From NCBI GenBank assembly GCA_964016885.1, contig OZ024744.1, positions 63,178,001-63,242,000 on the forward strand: a stretch of DNA of 64,000 bases. Direction: 5' to 3'. Every line of letters starts with the position of its first letter. Positions within the stretch are counted from its first letter, which is position 1. The position numbers and the translations under genes are program-made. The notes below the pieces were generated by a model. That model made no database searches and had not been told where the DNA came from. It was given only the letters and a program-made list of their open reading frames with translations. Below are positions 26,155 through 39,900 of this stretch, piece by piece. The stretch is from Eledone cirrhosa (taxonomy: Eukaryota).

Positions 26155-26290
26155 TGCATATAGGAAAACTCCTTATATTGATCACAAATATATAGGAAAA
26201 TTCTTTATATTGATCATAAACATATAGCAAAACTCCTTATATTGATCTCAAATATATAGGAAAACTATCAATATTGATCACAAACATTGT
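26155..26290. repeat. ~32-bp minisatellite, 4 units (ATATAGGAAAACTCCTTATATTGATCACAAAT)
   Basis: Direct tandem units in CCS intron 5. Confidence 0.85.
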
Positions 26291-26690
26291 TAAGGTCATC
26301 AAAACTGCTTCATTGACAAATGTTCTAAGAATGAATGTTAAAGGTGAAAATAATGATTAGATATTTTTTTACCATTTTGTCAGGGAGGGAGGAAGTTATC
26401 CTTAAACCAGAGACTAGGTACCAAATGTCTGTAGTAGAGCAGACTGCTAAAAGTAACAAGGGGCCAGGTGATAGTGTTAAACTAGGTGATGGATTAAGCC
26501 TAACACCCAAGATGGTTTGTTTATGATTGGGTCTCTATCACCAGTGAGAGTGATAAGTTGCTCATTTCCAAGGAATAAGTCAGTTTGTGAAATCTTAATA
26601 GAAAAAGCACATGACATTTAAATATATTTTTGTGTAGAATACTTTTCCAATCATAAAAAGAATGAAGAAATTTATAGTAATAAAACTTAC

Positions 26691-26733
26691 CAATTCATCA
26701 AATTTTTTCTTTATACTATAAACATCTCCACAA
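26691..26733 (-). CDS. CCS: CCS exon 5
   Basis: ccttcag|T TGT GGA GAT..TTG|gtaagt: (S)CGDVYSIKKKFDEL. 43 nt, bridges phase 2->0 and completes SCNSCG. Confidence 0.85.
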
Positions 26734-28834
26734 CTGAAGGAAAAAAGAATATTTGTATTTTTAACATTTTTATCACCACATTTCTAATGAAACACACTGT
26801 ATTTCAATTAAACAGAGAAACATTTTGAAAGATTTACTAAAATTATTAATTATTTCATTTTAAAGATAGTATTAGTAACAAAAGGTTCATATATGAAATT
26901 ACCTTGGAAGATTTTAATTTAAGTAAGAATTTTTTAAAATGGGTGGCTTTGTTTCACAGAACCAGAGTCAGTTTTGGCTAGGCAGGTATCAAAAGAGTTA
27001 AGTGTAAATTCGTGCAAACTTTGTGTATGGTAAATATATAAATTCTTTTAATACTCCATTAGGATTCTAACTTTTGATTTGCATTTTCTTTTACAGTTCT
27101 ATCACACTGTCCTACAAAGTTTTCTAGGGAATGTATTTCCACAAAGTCAAAACACAACAGATAAATCTGACCAACTTTAATCAATGATAAAAATTAAAAT
27201 GCAGACAATCATTTCACCATCATCATTACCATGATCATTTCACATCAGTGTGCAGGGTGATGAAAACTGATGGAAGCTATGGAGTAGGTAGACCCAGAAA
27301 GTCCTAGGATGAAGTGATAAAAGCTGACCTTGCAGATTTGTACCTCTCTAAGATAATGACACAGGATTGAGATCTGTGTCGCTATGCAGTAATACAGAAG
27401 ACCCGCTTTCCCTTGCACATAAACTTAAACTTTCACTCAGTAGGCACCTCTTAATCCAATATACACCACTCACACCTCTACACCACCCTTACTCTGTAAA
27501 GTTATGTTGGTACTACAAAACATCCAGTCCACACTGTAAAGTGGTCATGTAGCAGACACAGCAAAATACACCTAGCACACACAGTAAATGTAAAGGAAGG
27601 GTATCCAGACATAGAAAACCAGTCAGAAACAGTCCTATGCGAGTGAGACAGGGTCACCGACCTAACTTACCTCAAATGGGACAATCTCGTTGAACCCATG
27701 CTAGCGTGGAAGATAGACGTTAAATGATGATGATGATGATTTCTATGTCAGCATGGTTTGGATTGGTTGTCATGAATCAATTCAGTACATAATCAAGCTA
27801 ATATCCTCCTAGATCACATCTCACTTACATGCATTCCTTTTGGCATGCTTTTTATAGTTGAACGCCTTTCTTAATATCAACTTTCCTATAGAGTGTACTG
27901 GGTGTATATTATTGTGGTTCCAATACTAGAGAGGTTATTAATTCCTTAACACAACTGAAGAGTCCTCACAATCTTTTGTTTGGCATTGTTTCTACAACTG
28001 GATGTACTTCCTAATGCTAGCCACTTTACAGTGTATTAGAAGCATTTTATCATGACACTAACACTAGTTAATTTGTCATGTTTTTGACATGATATGACTA
28101 AACATTCCTTTCTACTCATTTTTAGGCATTAACTATTTTACAGGGTGTATTGGGTACATTTTATCATGGTACCGTATAAAAATTGGTATTTATAATATTT
28201 TTTACCATTTGTTTTTGTGCAACTAAGAAGGAATAAACACTACAAGATATTTTTGTTTTACTGGACACTCAAAGATGATGAAGACTGAAAGTGATAGACT
28301 TAGGAAAACTTGAGATGATATGGTAAAGGCTGATCTTATGAAGATTACACAAAATTGTGTGGACTGGCAATATGCTGTTCTACAGAAGACTCACATTCCT
28401 ACATGAGTGGGATGAAATACAAACAGAAGCATAACAACATTTTTAGATTCCCCCCTCCACACACAGTCTTCTCTCCCATTCATACCCATGAATCCTTCTT
28501 TCCCCATCAACCCATGCTAACATGGAAAGACAGACATCCCTCCACAGCATACCACCTGATGTTGCTCTCTCTTGCTCTTCATGACTGTCCTCATGGGCCC
28601 AACACCTACTCCTTCCACCCACAACCCTGATTCCCTCTTCCTTATTGGAACTGCGTCAGCAAGGAAAGACGGACTCACACCCAAAATTTACTGCCAGACA
28701 TCACTCATTTTTTTAAAGCCATCTCTCTCTCTCTCTCACCTCTTCCCTTGACAAACAACATGTAGTTTACCACGCCCTTCCCCCACTCCCATCACTGTCT
28801 TCCCAGCCTGGCAAGGCACAATACAAGAACCCTA

Positions 28835-29110
28835 GTGTTGAAAAGTGGTAGTGCTGGTGCCACAACAAAATGCACAACCCACTCTGTAAAGTGGTAGCAC
28901 TGGTGCCACAATAAAATGCACTGTGAAATGGTAACACTGGTACCAAAAGAAAATGCACTGTCTAATCTCTTAGGTGGTAGTATTGGTGCCATAATAAAAT
29001 GCACCCAACCCACTCTTTAAAGTGATGGTGCTGGTGCCACGATAAAATGCACCCAACCACACTGTAAAGTGGATTGCACAATAAAATGCTCCTGGTACAC
29101 TTCATGAAAT
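28835..29110 (+). repeat. ~45-bp tandem units (AAAGTGGTAGTGCTGGTGCCACRATAAAATGCA..) resembling the RTE/SINE 3' tail unit
   Basis: About 6 diverged units followed by the AGGAA(A)GGGCATCCAGC tail motif. Similar arrays at 20640-20740 and 32455-32645. Confidence 0.75.
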
Positions 29111-29289
29111 GGCTGGCATCAGGAAAGGGCATCCAGCCATAGAAACCATGACAGAATGGAATATATGAGTGAGACAGTCTTCTGTTCTGTCAAGCCTTAG
29201 AACATGACAACCTACCTAATCACTAGGCCACACATCTTCACTTTTAGTTTTAAAATAATATAAACCAAGCCAAATATAAAGCCACTTAC

Positions 29290-29473
29290 CTATTGCAGCT
29301 ATTTGAGATATCCCCATATTCATGTATACTTAATCGATGTTTTCCTGGTGTTAGGCCATCAATTGTCCCTTCTATAAGACATGTGTTTGCTGTTGCCTGT
29401 ACCAATCTGATGATCCCTTGAACATTTTTCTCACCCATATCAACTGCAACTACAGCAGCACCCAAATTTTTCT
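29290..29473 (-). CDS. CCS: CCS exon 4
   Basis: tgcag|AG AAA AAT..AAT AG|gtaagt: KNLGAAVVAVDMGEKNVQGIIRLVQATANTCLIEGTIDGLTPGKHRLSIHEYGDISNSCN. 184 nt, phase 1->2. Confidence 0.96.
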
Positions 29474-31134
29474 CTGCATTAAGCAAAAAGTTTCATAAAT
29501 TTGATTAATGTTAAATAAGTTCATTCAAAACAACTAGAGACATTCACCACACACACAAGTTGAAGTTACAAATTTCTCCTCGAAAATACAATATGAAAAA
29601 AAATATATATATGACTTATGTACTGGACATACAAAACCTTCAAATATATGGTACATTGTAAATGTTAGTAAAAGAGATGTGTGGCTTACACACAAATATA
29701 TATATGGTAGTTTTATATTATAATATATTTGTTAGTGTAAACATTATATGGATGTTATTATCATCATCATTTAATGTCTGCTTTTCTTGCTAGCAGAGTT
29801 AAGATGGATCATCACAGAACAAGTCAATACTTAAACAGAGCTACTGACTTCTCAAACAGGCCAGGGACCACATCTTGCTTACATTTCTGCATTTTACAGA
29901 GTGCACTGGGTGCGTTTGATTGTGACACCAGTACTATGGGTGTTAACATATCTTAGACACAACTTGGGAGACATTTTGAGCCTTTGTTTGGCAAATTTTC
30001 TATGGCTGAACGCTCTTCCTATCACCAATCACTTTACAGTATGTGCTTGGTGCATTTTATCATAGCACCAACACCAGGGAGGTTGTTGTATCATAGACAC
30101 AACTATGTTTGTCAAGTTTTCTATCACTAAGTACATTACAGGATGTACTTGGTGCATCTTTTGTGGCAGCAGCACTAGAGAGTTTGTCATGCCAACTGAA
30201 GAGTTTTCTCTACCCTATATTTAGACACATTTAGACAGGGAGAACAGGAAGTAGGGAGAAGAAGGATGATAAGTATCTTATCATGAGTGACAGTAGGTCA
30301 GAGGAAGGGTGATGACAAGTATGCTTATTAAGACTTTTGTTTCTGCTATGTTTACTTTTAGGCTTTTCAATTCTAGCTTTTTCTTCCATTTCTGGAATTT
30401 TGCCTCTAACCCTTCCAGCTTAAGAACTAGGTGCAGTTTTGTTGTAACATTGGTGCTCATTTACCAAAGCAGGGAAAAGCAGCCGTAAAATGATGATGAT
30501 GATGATGATTGACACATCTTATTGCAATTCACTGCAAGAATACGTCCTTGATATGACATGGATACTCAAAAAAAATATTGCAAACAAACTTTGGCATTGT
30601 TTATAAAATAAATGCCACATATCTGAATGGAGTTAAATATTGTTTATAAATTGCGCAGAAAATCTGAAATGTTGAAATTTTGTAAAAATATGTCACTAGT
30701 AAGCAGTTTTGCACCAAACAAGTAGATGTGGTCATCTCAGTTGTGCTACTTTCTCAAAGGATTAACCCATTTGATACCAAACCACCTGTAACCATCTCTG
30801 CTTCTACAATATTTGATTATTTGAAAATCATTAGCAGCGTCTTTTGTTAGAAATATGGTAATGAAAGAGTTCAACCTTTTCACGCCAACTCAAGTAAGAC
30901 CACCTCATCTGATTCTTTGCAATTTTATGTAAGAACATTTTTGTTTCATTGTTTCAAACGTCATATAAAGTTTATTTTACGATTTCTTAATCATTTTCAA
31001 AATTACTTAAAACACATAGAAATATGGTTATGGAACTGTAAATGACATAACCTGGAATTCTATAAGGAATTTCACCTGCAATAAAGAAACCAGACTGTAG
31101 CATAGATAATGAATGGTTAAAACACTGTTTCTGA

Positions 31135-31363
31135 TTAACCTTTTAGCATTTAAATTACTTTATATTTACTATTACATTTTCATGGTAAAGGTTTTACCTC
31201 ACATAATTATCTCATATAATATTGAATCGATGAGATTTTGATATTATTTATTTTGAGAACAATACTTTAACATCAGTATGAACGACTCGTTACAGCTGGT
31301 TTGAACAGAAAGAGGTGAAAGAATTCTGGCCGGATACAGCCGGTTTAAATGCTAAAGGGTTAA
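31135..31363 (-). mobile_element. piggyBac-type TTAA MITE, reverse orientation
   Basis: TTAACCTTTTAGCATTTA ... TAAATGCTAAAGGGTTAA. Confidence 0.8.
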
Positions 31364-31470
31364 TATTATTAATGAAGAAACCAAAATTTCATTTGAAGAA
31401 TTTAAGACTAATTAGAAGGCTTCAAATAAGAACAAAAAAAAAATATATATATATATATATAAATATTTAC

Positions 31471-31608
31471 CTGAGAGTTCTGATCCATAGCCCTTTAATG
31501 CTACTTTTCGTCCAGATTTCTCAAGCAATTCTTTTATTTGGGAACTTAGTAAAACAGACTTCACCACAACACGTTGCTCTTTCAGGTTTACATCAAATGA
31601 GCTGATGC
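31471..31608 (-). CDS. CCS: CCS exon 3
   Basis: cctaag|GC ATC..TCA G|gtaaat: (G)ISSFDVNLKEQRVVVKSVLLSSQIKELLEKSGRKVALKGYGSELS. HMA domain C-half, 138 nt. Confidence 0.95.
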
Positions 31609-32984
31609 CTTAGGAGAAAAAATTATTTAAAAATTCAATTCTATTATGTAAAATGTAGTTTTGTGTATTCAATTGATCATCTTGCAGCTTTATAATTAAA
31701 AAATAAACTTTATAATCTTATAGGTGAATTGTTTAAAATTAAACAAATTATTCAAATAAAGATATAATTATTTCAACAGAACATTTTATTTGTGTTCAAT
31801 TTACATAGAGCAGTTTCTAGTATATAGTCTTTATGTTACATACAATATTCTTGTCTCAACACATCATTATCATCATCTAATGTCCACTTTCCCTGTTAGC
31901 AAGAGTTGGATGGGGTCATCACACACAGAATCAGTAACTAATTGATGCCATTGATCTTGCTTACATATATTTCTGCATTTTACAGTGTGCACTGGGTACA
32001 TTTTATTGTGACACCAGCACCAGGGTGGTAGAAAGCTTCTGTTACCTAAGTGAACTGAGAGAAAAGTTGAGTATAAATGCAACTGAATGTAGAGAACAAG
32101 AAATAATTGTGTTGGTGTGGTCAAGTGACGCATAAGGAGAATGAGATCTGTATAAAAAAAAGTACCAATCACTTAAAGTGGGTGGGACCTGAAGAAGAGG
32201 AAGACCAAGGAAGATACAGGGCAAAGTTGTATGATGAGTTGTAGTGCACCTGAGCACTGTGCACGATAGTTTTCATTATTTTATTTATATTTTTATAACC
32301 TCAAGAACCTGAACTACATGATAGAGATGACATGACCGAGCAGACTGACAATATGCTATACCCCCCCCCCCCCCCAACGGCTGACTGAACAGAGACAATA
32401 TTATAGAGTCATAGAGGACTCTTCAGTCTGGACAATTGAGTGACAACCTCTTTAGTGCTGATGCCATGATAAAATGTACTAAGCCCACCCTGTAAGGTGG
32501 TAGTGCTGGTGCCTCAGTAAAATGCACACAATCCTCTCTATAAAATGGTAGTGTTGGTGCCACGATAAAACACATCCAGTTCACTCTAATGTGGAAGTGC
32601 TGGTGTCACAAGAAAATGTACCCAGTACACTCTGTTAGGTGGTAGGTGTTAGGAAGAGCATACAGCTATAGAAACAATGCTAAAATATGGAACGTGTTCA
32701 TCATACTGGACTGAACTTAGAATGTTACAACCCAACCAATCAATGTCCACATGGTAAGCAGATGTAAAAATGATGATGATGGTGAAGAGTCCTCTCGGCC
32801 CTTGTTTGACAAGTTTCTTATGGTTAGATGTCTTTCCTAACACCAACTGCTTTACAAGGCATACTGGGTACATTTTTTGAGGCACCAGCACCAGAAACGT
32901 TGGTCATTGACTCAACTGAAATACCCTCTTTATTCTATGGGGTGGAGAGAAGATAACCAGTCTCAATTGATGGATGGGCTGTAA

Positions 32985-33445
32985 CTGTGATTCAAAGGGC
33001 CTGCTCTGTCATACACAGTGTAATACTGAATCTCCCTGAAAATTATGGAAATGATATACATGTGTATAGGATACTCAACCACTTATACTATATTACAAGA
33101 TGGACTGTACTTGTAATTTAAAAATCCAGCCTCGTCACATATTGTCATACTAATTCTGTCTGAGAATTACATTAAGGGTACACATGTCTGTGGAATACTC
33201 AGCCACCTACAGTAAAATACAAGAAAGACTGTACCTGTAATTCAAAGGTCCAGCCCTGTCATATAATGTGTCATACTGAATCTCCTTAGGAATTATGTTA
33301 TGGGTACATGTGTGTCTGTGGAATATTCAGCCACTTTCACAAAACACAAGATGGACATTAAATGTAATTCAAAGGACCAGTGTTGTCTCACACATACACA
33401 CACACACACACTGTGTCATGCTGAATCTCCCTGAGAATTATGTAA
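32985..33445 (+). repeat. Tandem ~120-bp units (about 4) of a dispersed SINE-body-like sequence
   Basis: Repeated TGTAATTCAAAGG..CTGAATCTCCCTGAGAATTATG..GGAATACTCAGCCAC. Single copies at ~18085, 46135 and 60370. Confidence 0.7.
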
Positions 33446-33497
33446 ATGATGAAATGATATAAATTATACAAGGTTTTAAACAAATTTAGAACATTAC

Positions 33498-33570
33498 CGT
33501 CAACTCCTTCCAAGCAATTTTTAACAGCATTAACACAGCTATTACATGACATTTGAACTGCATACTCAGT
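33498..33570 (-). CDS. CCS: CCS exon 2 (MxCxxC copper-binding motif)
   Basis: tttcag|ACT GAG..GAC G|gtaatg: TEYAVQMSCNSCVNAVKNCLEGVD. 73 nt. Confidence 0.96.
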
Positions 33571-33823
33571 CTGAAAATGTAAGGAAAAAAGATACAATGA
33601 AACTTAACTCTCCTAAACAAGAATACAAAATAATAATTAACTCCAGACATTTTAAATGGAAACTTGTTGCTACAGCTCACACATATATAAGTTTAGTTGG
33701 CCTCTTACAAGGTTATATACCATAGGAGTTTCTTCAGTGTTTTAATGATAAGGGTCATAATCTTAACAATCCCTACATTGTTGTTACAGCTCACACATAT
33801 GTAGGTTTAGTTGGCCTAAAGGA

Positions 33824-34528
33824 CACTGGTTGCCAACCTTTCCGACCTCACGAACCACTAAATTCATAATTTTAAATCCTGCGGACCACTAATATGAATT
33901 AATGGTCAATGGTCAAAACAATACTGGAGCGTTCATGTGTCATATTGTTGATATCATCATCATCACCGTTTTATGTTGATGTCTCCACACTAGCATGGGT
34001 TGTCCTATTGTCCTGTTGTGGGCAATGCCAGGTCAGGTGACCATGTCTTGCTCAAACGGGACTGATTCTGGCTCGGTTTCTACAGCTGAACGCCCTTCCT
34101 AACACCAACCTGGTGCTTTTTTTACTGTGGCGCCTACATGATCACTTTACAGTGTGGACTGGGTGATTTTTGTTGTGACACCTCCACAACCACTTTACAG
34201 CGAGAGGGTTTGGGATAATATTGTCTATATGCTTCAGCTTCGGCTTGTAGCCATGGGAAGTTGGGTCTTCTGTATTACTGTGTAACGCCAGAGGTCTCGG
34301 TCCTGTGTCATCGCCTTTGATAGATGATACATACGTGTAAAATTCTTTCATGAATGTTAATTCTTTACTGAGGAGAAACATTTTTTTTTTGGGGGGGGGG
34401 GGGGAAGGGGGTATAAAATATATTTTAACTGAATATTATTTTTGTTATATAATATAATATTATTAATAAAACATAAAAATTGCAAATAATGTCCACATTT
34501 TCTGTGGACCATTGGTTAGTGACCGCTC
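33824..34528. mobile_element. hAT-type non-autonomous element with a nested RTE 3' fragment (~33955-34322, minus)
   Basis: 8-bp direct repeat CTAAAGGA at 33816-33823 and 34529-34536. Degenerate TIRs CACTGGTTGCCAACC / GGTTAGTGACCGCTC. Confidence 0.75.
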
Positions 34529-35235
34529 CTAAAGGAGGTTTCTTTGGGTGTTCTAATGATAGGGGGTCATAATCCTATCAACACTCCCAACATTGTTGTT
34601 ACAGCTGACACCTACATGGGTTTAGCTGGCCTCTTAAGGTTATATCCTATAGGCGGTTTCTTCAGTTTTATTCATATTGGCACCAGTTATGTCAGGAAAA
34701 GACTCCCTCTCTGGATACCAGTTTGTTGCAGAGATTGACCTCCAGCTGCTGGTGGAGCTCATTTTTTTTTCAACTGAGTGGACTGGAGTAATGTGAAATA
34801 AAGTGTCTTGCTCAAAGAAGCAATGTATCACCCAGTCAAGGCATTAAGCCCTTAACCTTATGTTCAAGAATGCAACATCCTAAATATATACACTTGAAAA
34901 AGTAACTTTAAAAAAATGTCTCAATCCGTTCATTACTATAATGAAAGGTCACTACCTATGGTTTTAAAGTCATTTTGAAAATATTGAAGAATTTGGAGGG
35001 ATTTAGTAATATAATTAACTTTCTCATTAAACCAGTGTTTTTACATAACTTAAAGGTTCTAACATAAAATGATCACGGAAAAGTTTTAGATAAATATAAA
35101 CATATTGAAATAAACTAATTTGTATCATTAGGGACATTTTCAAGCAAATTGTAATCAAAAGGGTTAACTCCATACACTGTCACACAGTTCAACCCTACAT
35201 AAACCACCTAGAAACCTGGTTTCACAAAAACAGAC

Positions 35236-35449
35236 TTAACCCTTTAGCATTTAAACTGGCCGACCGACCAGAGTTTTCTCACATCTTTCTGATCTCATTT
35301 ACCATAACTGGCTGCTCATATTGACATTAAGGTATTGTTCTCAAAATAAATAACATCAAAATCTCGTAGATTTGATATTATGTGAGATAAAGCCTTTACG
35401 ACAAAAATACAATAGTAAATATAGACTAATGTAAATGCTAAAGGGTTAA
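35236..35449 (+). mobile_element. piggyBac-type MITE, best-preserved copy
   Basis: TTAA on both sides. Perfect 14-bp TIR CCCTTTAGCATTTA / TAAATGCTAAAGGG. Confidence 0.9.
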
Positions 35450-35766
35450 AGAGCAATTTGCAAAAGCCCTTTTATACCAGTAGCATCAGATACAAGCAAC
35501 CATCATTCAACAACATAAACACATCACATATATACTCAAACACACAGAAAATAAATATACAGGGAGTTATATAGAACATCTCCACAACATTCACTACACA
35601 CATAAAAGACAGTAAAGTATGTAAAATTACACACATGGAACCATCACAAGTACCGTATTTGGTCAACAAAAAGAAACAACAACAATAATTTATAAACATT
35701 TTAGAGCAATGACAAATGCCACATTTGGTCAATCAGATGAGAGCCTTCTTCTGGCTACAGTCTAGG

Positions 35767-35799
<33 letters not shown>

Positions 35800-38288
35800 G
35801 TAGCATCAGATTGACATAGATGCGGAGGCTGTATTCCATTAAGGATCTTACCTGAGATATGTAGAAGGTCAGAAGTTGATACAAGTTGAAGTATTTTCTG
35901 GCTCTGAATAGAAGGGTCAGTCTTTTAGAAACAAGAAAGAGTTCTATATTTAGGATGCGTGTTTGCCATATATATATATATTATCATTATCATTTTATGT
36001 CCGCTTTGTATGCTAGCATGGCCTAGATAGGTTGGAAAACATCATTTTGCCCATACATTCATATTTGGCATGGTTTCAATGGCTGGAAGCCATTTCTAAT
36101 GTCATCTATCTTAGAGAGTGTATTGGATACATTTTATCATGGTACCAGCACTAGAGACGTTTTCAAATATGCTTGGTCACACTGGCAAGTCCTCTCAAAC
36201 CCTATATTGCCTTCATTCAATCACCATCTACTTTATAGAGTGTTTCAAGGATATGTTATCATGGTACCAACAATGGAGAAGTTGTCACATGCTCAGCCAA
36301 GCTGGAAAGTTCCCCTCTAGCCTATGTTCATCATCATCACCGTTTTACATCCATTCTTCCATGCTAGCATGGGTTAGATGGGTTGTCCCCATGGGAAGTC
36401 AGGTCTTCTGTATTACTGTGTAACGCCAGAGGTCTCAGTCCTGTGTCATCGCTTTTGAGAGGTCCAACTGAGCAAGGTCAACTTTTATCACCTCATCCCA
36501 AGTCTTCTTGGGTCTCCCCACTCCAAGGCTTCCATCAACTTTTAGTGCTCTGCACCTTTTTATGCAGCTGTCATCCTTCATACGCATCACACGTCCATAT
36601 CATCATCTACTTTACAGACTGTACTAGATGTATTTTATCATCACACCGATACTACAAAGGTTGTCAGGAATTCGACTGAACAAGATCCTCTCTACTTTAT
36701 GTTGTTGTCTCAGTCTGTTCACCCACCACTATATGGAAGGGTGGGTACTGACTGCATTCCATTGACACCAATATGGAGGCTGTCTCATCCATTGCAGGTT
36801 AAAGGGATATTTCTACTATATGTAGTCTTCGGACCTCCCTCACATTTACTTTTAATGTCACAGTACTTGTACTGGTAGATAAATCTTTCATATTATGGCA
36901 TATCACCAGTCAGCCTGATCCTATGTAATCTTCTTTGTAGGGTTCATTTTCTTGAGGTCATTCTTCACAACTTCACTCCATGTCCTTCTTCATCTGCCTC
37001 TTCCACAAATTCCATGTACCTGAAGCACTTGGAAAGTTTTTATACAACTCACTCTCCTTACGCATTACATGTCCATATCAATGCAATTGTCTGTTGTTCA
37101 CATTACATTTGATTTCTCTTATATTTAGCTTTTCCCTTTGTTCACTTGTGCTCTATCATTTGTGTACATTAACATCACATATTCAGCATAGCATGCATAT
37201 TTCTAACATTGGCAAAAGGCTACCATGGATGAGAAATAACCCATTAGGTAAGCTTTCTTTTAGAGTGAATAAAAACAAATGAAATTTACAACTCACACCT
37301 CTACAGATTTCGCTGACTTCCTACGAGATTGCATCTCATAGGAGGTTTTTTGCATGTTTTAATGATAGGGTACCGCAGTCCTATCAATACTAGATAGTTG
37401 TTGTTGTTACAGGAGGTTTCTTGGGTCTTTTAATGATAGGGGACTTCAGTCTCACCATGAAAAGCAATATGAAATTAAGGGCTTTGTTCAAGAACAATGC
37501 ATCACTTGGTCCAGGAATCAAACCAATGACCTTATGATAGTGAGTCTTACTAAGCCAAGAGCCTTCTAGTTACTTATTGCTTCAGTACCAACACCGTCCT
37601 GCTCCATAACAACAGTTTCTTTGTAGTCAAGGTCAACTCCACAAGGTGAGATAATACACTATGAGACTCACGAAGAAAGAAATTGTCCATTTCTTTTATA
37701 TAAAAATGCATTACAAATAAACTTTGTTTCATTTAGAACATGAAGGGCAGTAATTAAATAGCATAAGACATTTTATGCCTGCCCACAAAGCTTGAAAACA
37801 ATATTAAAAGTTTTAAAAAATCCCAACTAACATAATATAGGTATCTGAAAACTTCAAACACTTGCTATAGAGAATTTTAACAAAAATAATCTATATATTT
37901 CCAGTTTAAATAGCAATAAGACCAAACTTTCAATCGCCCCGGTATACTTTTTAAATGCATTTTGTTTGCTTTAATAACTTTAAAAGAGAATTAAATGTAG
38001 AAATATTACAAAAGTGAACTTCAAGCCTAGAGTAATTAGATGTGTTTCGAATGACAAGTGTCACTTTTATTTAATTGGAAGAGGATAAGGAATAATGCTT
38101 TTTTCCAACAGATGAGGTTGATGCCATTTATGGTCAGTTTGAACATTTATTTATTAACTCGAGCAATGATTGAACTCATGACTGCTATTTCAACGTGCCT
38201 AACTAATTACAACACGTTGACAATAGACAATAGTTTAGTTTATTTCAGTGTTGTGCATAATTTAGAGACCTGCATTTTAGCTGACATT

Positions 38289-38732
38289 TTGGCCGTATCG
38301 GTAGAGGGTCGGACGCCATGCTTTCCAGCGGAGTTACATCCCTTTACGATCTGAGTTCAAATCCTGCCGAGGTTGACTTTGCCTTTCATCCTTACGGGGT
38401 CGATAAAATAAAGTACCAGTAATGCACTGGGTAATTGCTGACCTAGTGCCTAAAGTAGAAACAATTATTAGTAATCTTAGTATACACACACAAGCACGCA
38501 AATATCATCACACTTATTTTATTTTTCAATCATTGTACATATGTCGACCAATGTGGTTTAGCAGTATCGGTAGAGAGTCAGACACCAAGCTTTGCAGCAT
38601 AGAGTTATGGCCTTTTACGTTCTGAGTTCAAATCCCGCCGAGGTTAGCTTTGCCTTACGGGGTCGATAAAATAAAGTACCAGTAATGCACTGCGGTAATT
38701 GCTGGCCTTGTGTCTAAAGTAGAAACAATTAT
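38289..38732 (+). mobile_element. Two adjacent MetaSINE-like copies (38289-38470, 38553-38732)
   Basis: Same head, B box, core and GTAGAAACAATTA end as the 17-18 kb copies. Confidence 0.75.
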
Positions 38733-38828
38733 TTCTTGTATTTTCATACAGGGTGTCCCCCAAAAATGTATACACAGTTCAACAGCAGTCTAATAAATGT
38801 GTATGTATTTTTGGGGGGCCACCCTGTA

Positions 38829-39900
38829 TGACATGTCAGCATTTTAATATAAAACGGTCAAATATCATCCTTCTTCACGAGGAAGGATATTCCCAGCGCC
38901 AAATATCTGTACGATTGGGTGTATCTAAGGCTGGTGTTCAAAAAACACTTGCCTGTAATGCAACAACAGGTAATCTTAACACGAACAAGCGGCATGGAAG
39001 ACAACGCAAGACCAGTGTTAAAACAGATTATATGATACGCCGACTTGCGATGTCAAATCCAACTGCTTCCAGCTCATATTTCCAAGCCCAACTTCCTCAG
39101 GACACAAACATATCATCTACCATCCGACAACACTGTGTCAAGGACTTTAACCATCAAGCTTTTAAGCCAGCTGCCAAGCCTCAAGCTTTTAAGCCAGCTG
39201 CCAAGCCTCAACCTTCAAACAAACGTATCAAGGACCGTCTGTTGTTCTGCAACACTTATCATCACCCGACTGCTGCTCAATGTGGTGAGGTTATGTTTAA
39301 TGATGAAACATTAATTAGACAATTTGCCCTTTAGTATCACCATGTAAGAAGACCACCTAGACAGCGTTATAATTCTCGTTATGTAAAACCAAGTTAAACA
39401 TTCATAATCATTGATGGTCAGGGGATAGATAAGCATAAAGGGACGAGCTGCGTTGACCATAATTCCAGCAGGAAAGACTATAAATGCAAACATGTAATTG
39501 GAAACCATACGGGAAAAGTTCCCATTATGGATGGAAAAGCACGGTTGCAAGCCCTTATCATAGGGCAAAAACCATTAACCAATTTTTTCTAGAATCTGGT
39601 TTTGAAGTGCTAGCACCTTGGTCAGGTTCTAGTCCTGACTGAAACTCAATTGAAAATTGTTAGAAATTGATGTAAGACAAAGTTGCCAAGCTAAATCCCA
39701 GCTCAATTACTGATTTACAACAAAAATTGTTACTGTATGGACACAACACATTACTCCTGAATATCATGCCTCCTTGGTTGAATCAATGCCTCGCAGAATA
39801 GCTCGTCAAACAAAGTTATCAAAGTCACCAAAAATAAGTCATCAAACAAAGTACTAATTTGGAATAGACAATTTGTAGCATAATGCTTTGGACCGTATGT
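38829..39900 (+). pseudogene. Tc1-like transposase remnant
   Basis: HTH IILLHEEGYSQRQISVRLGVSK, GRQRKTS, VMFNDE, later SPD.NSIEN-like motif. Stops and frameshifts; 27-bp tandem duplication (QAFKPAAKP x2). Confidence 0.85.

Noticed and set aside
29286-29486. SOD-like ORF as a Cu/Zn superoxide dismutase
   Set aside because: It splices to an MxCxxC HMA domain and a CxC tail and lacks the catalytic His set, so it is CCS.
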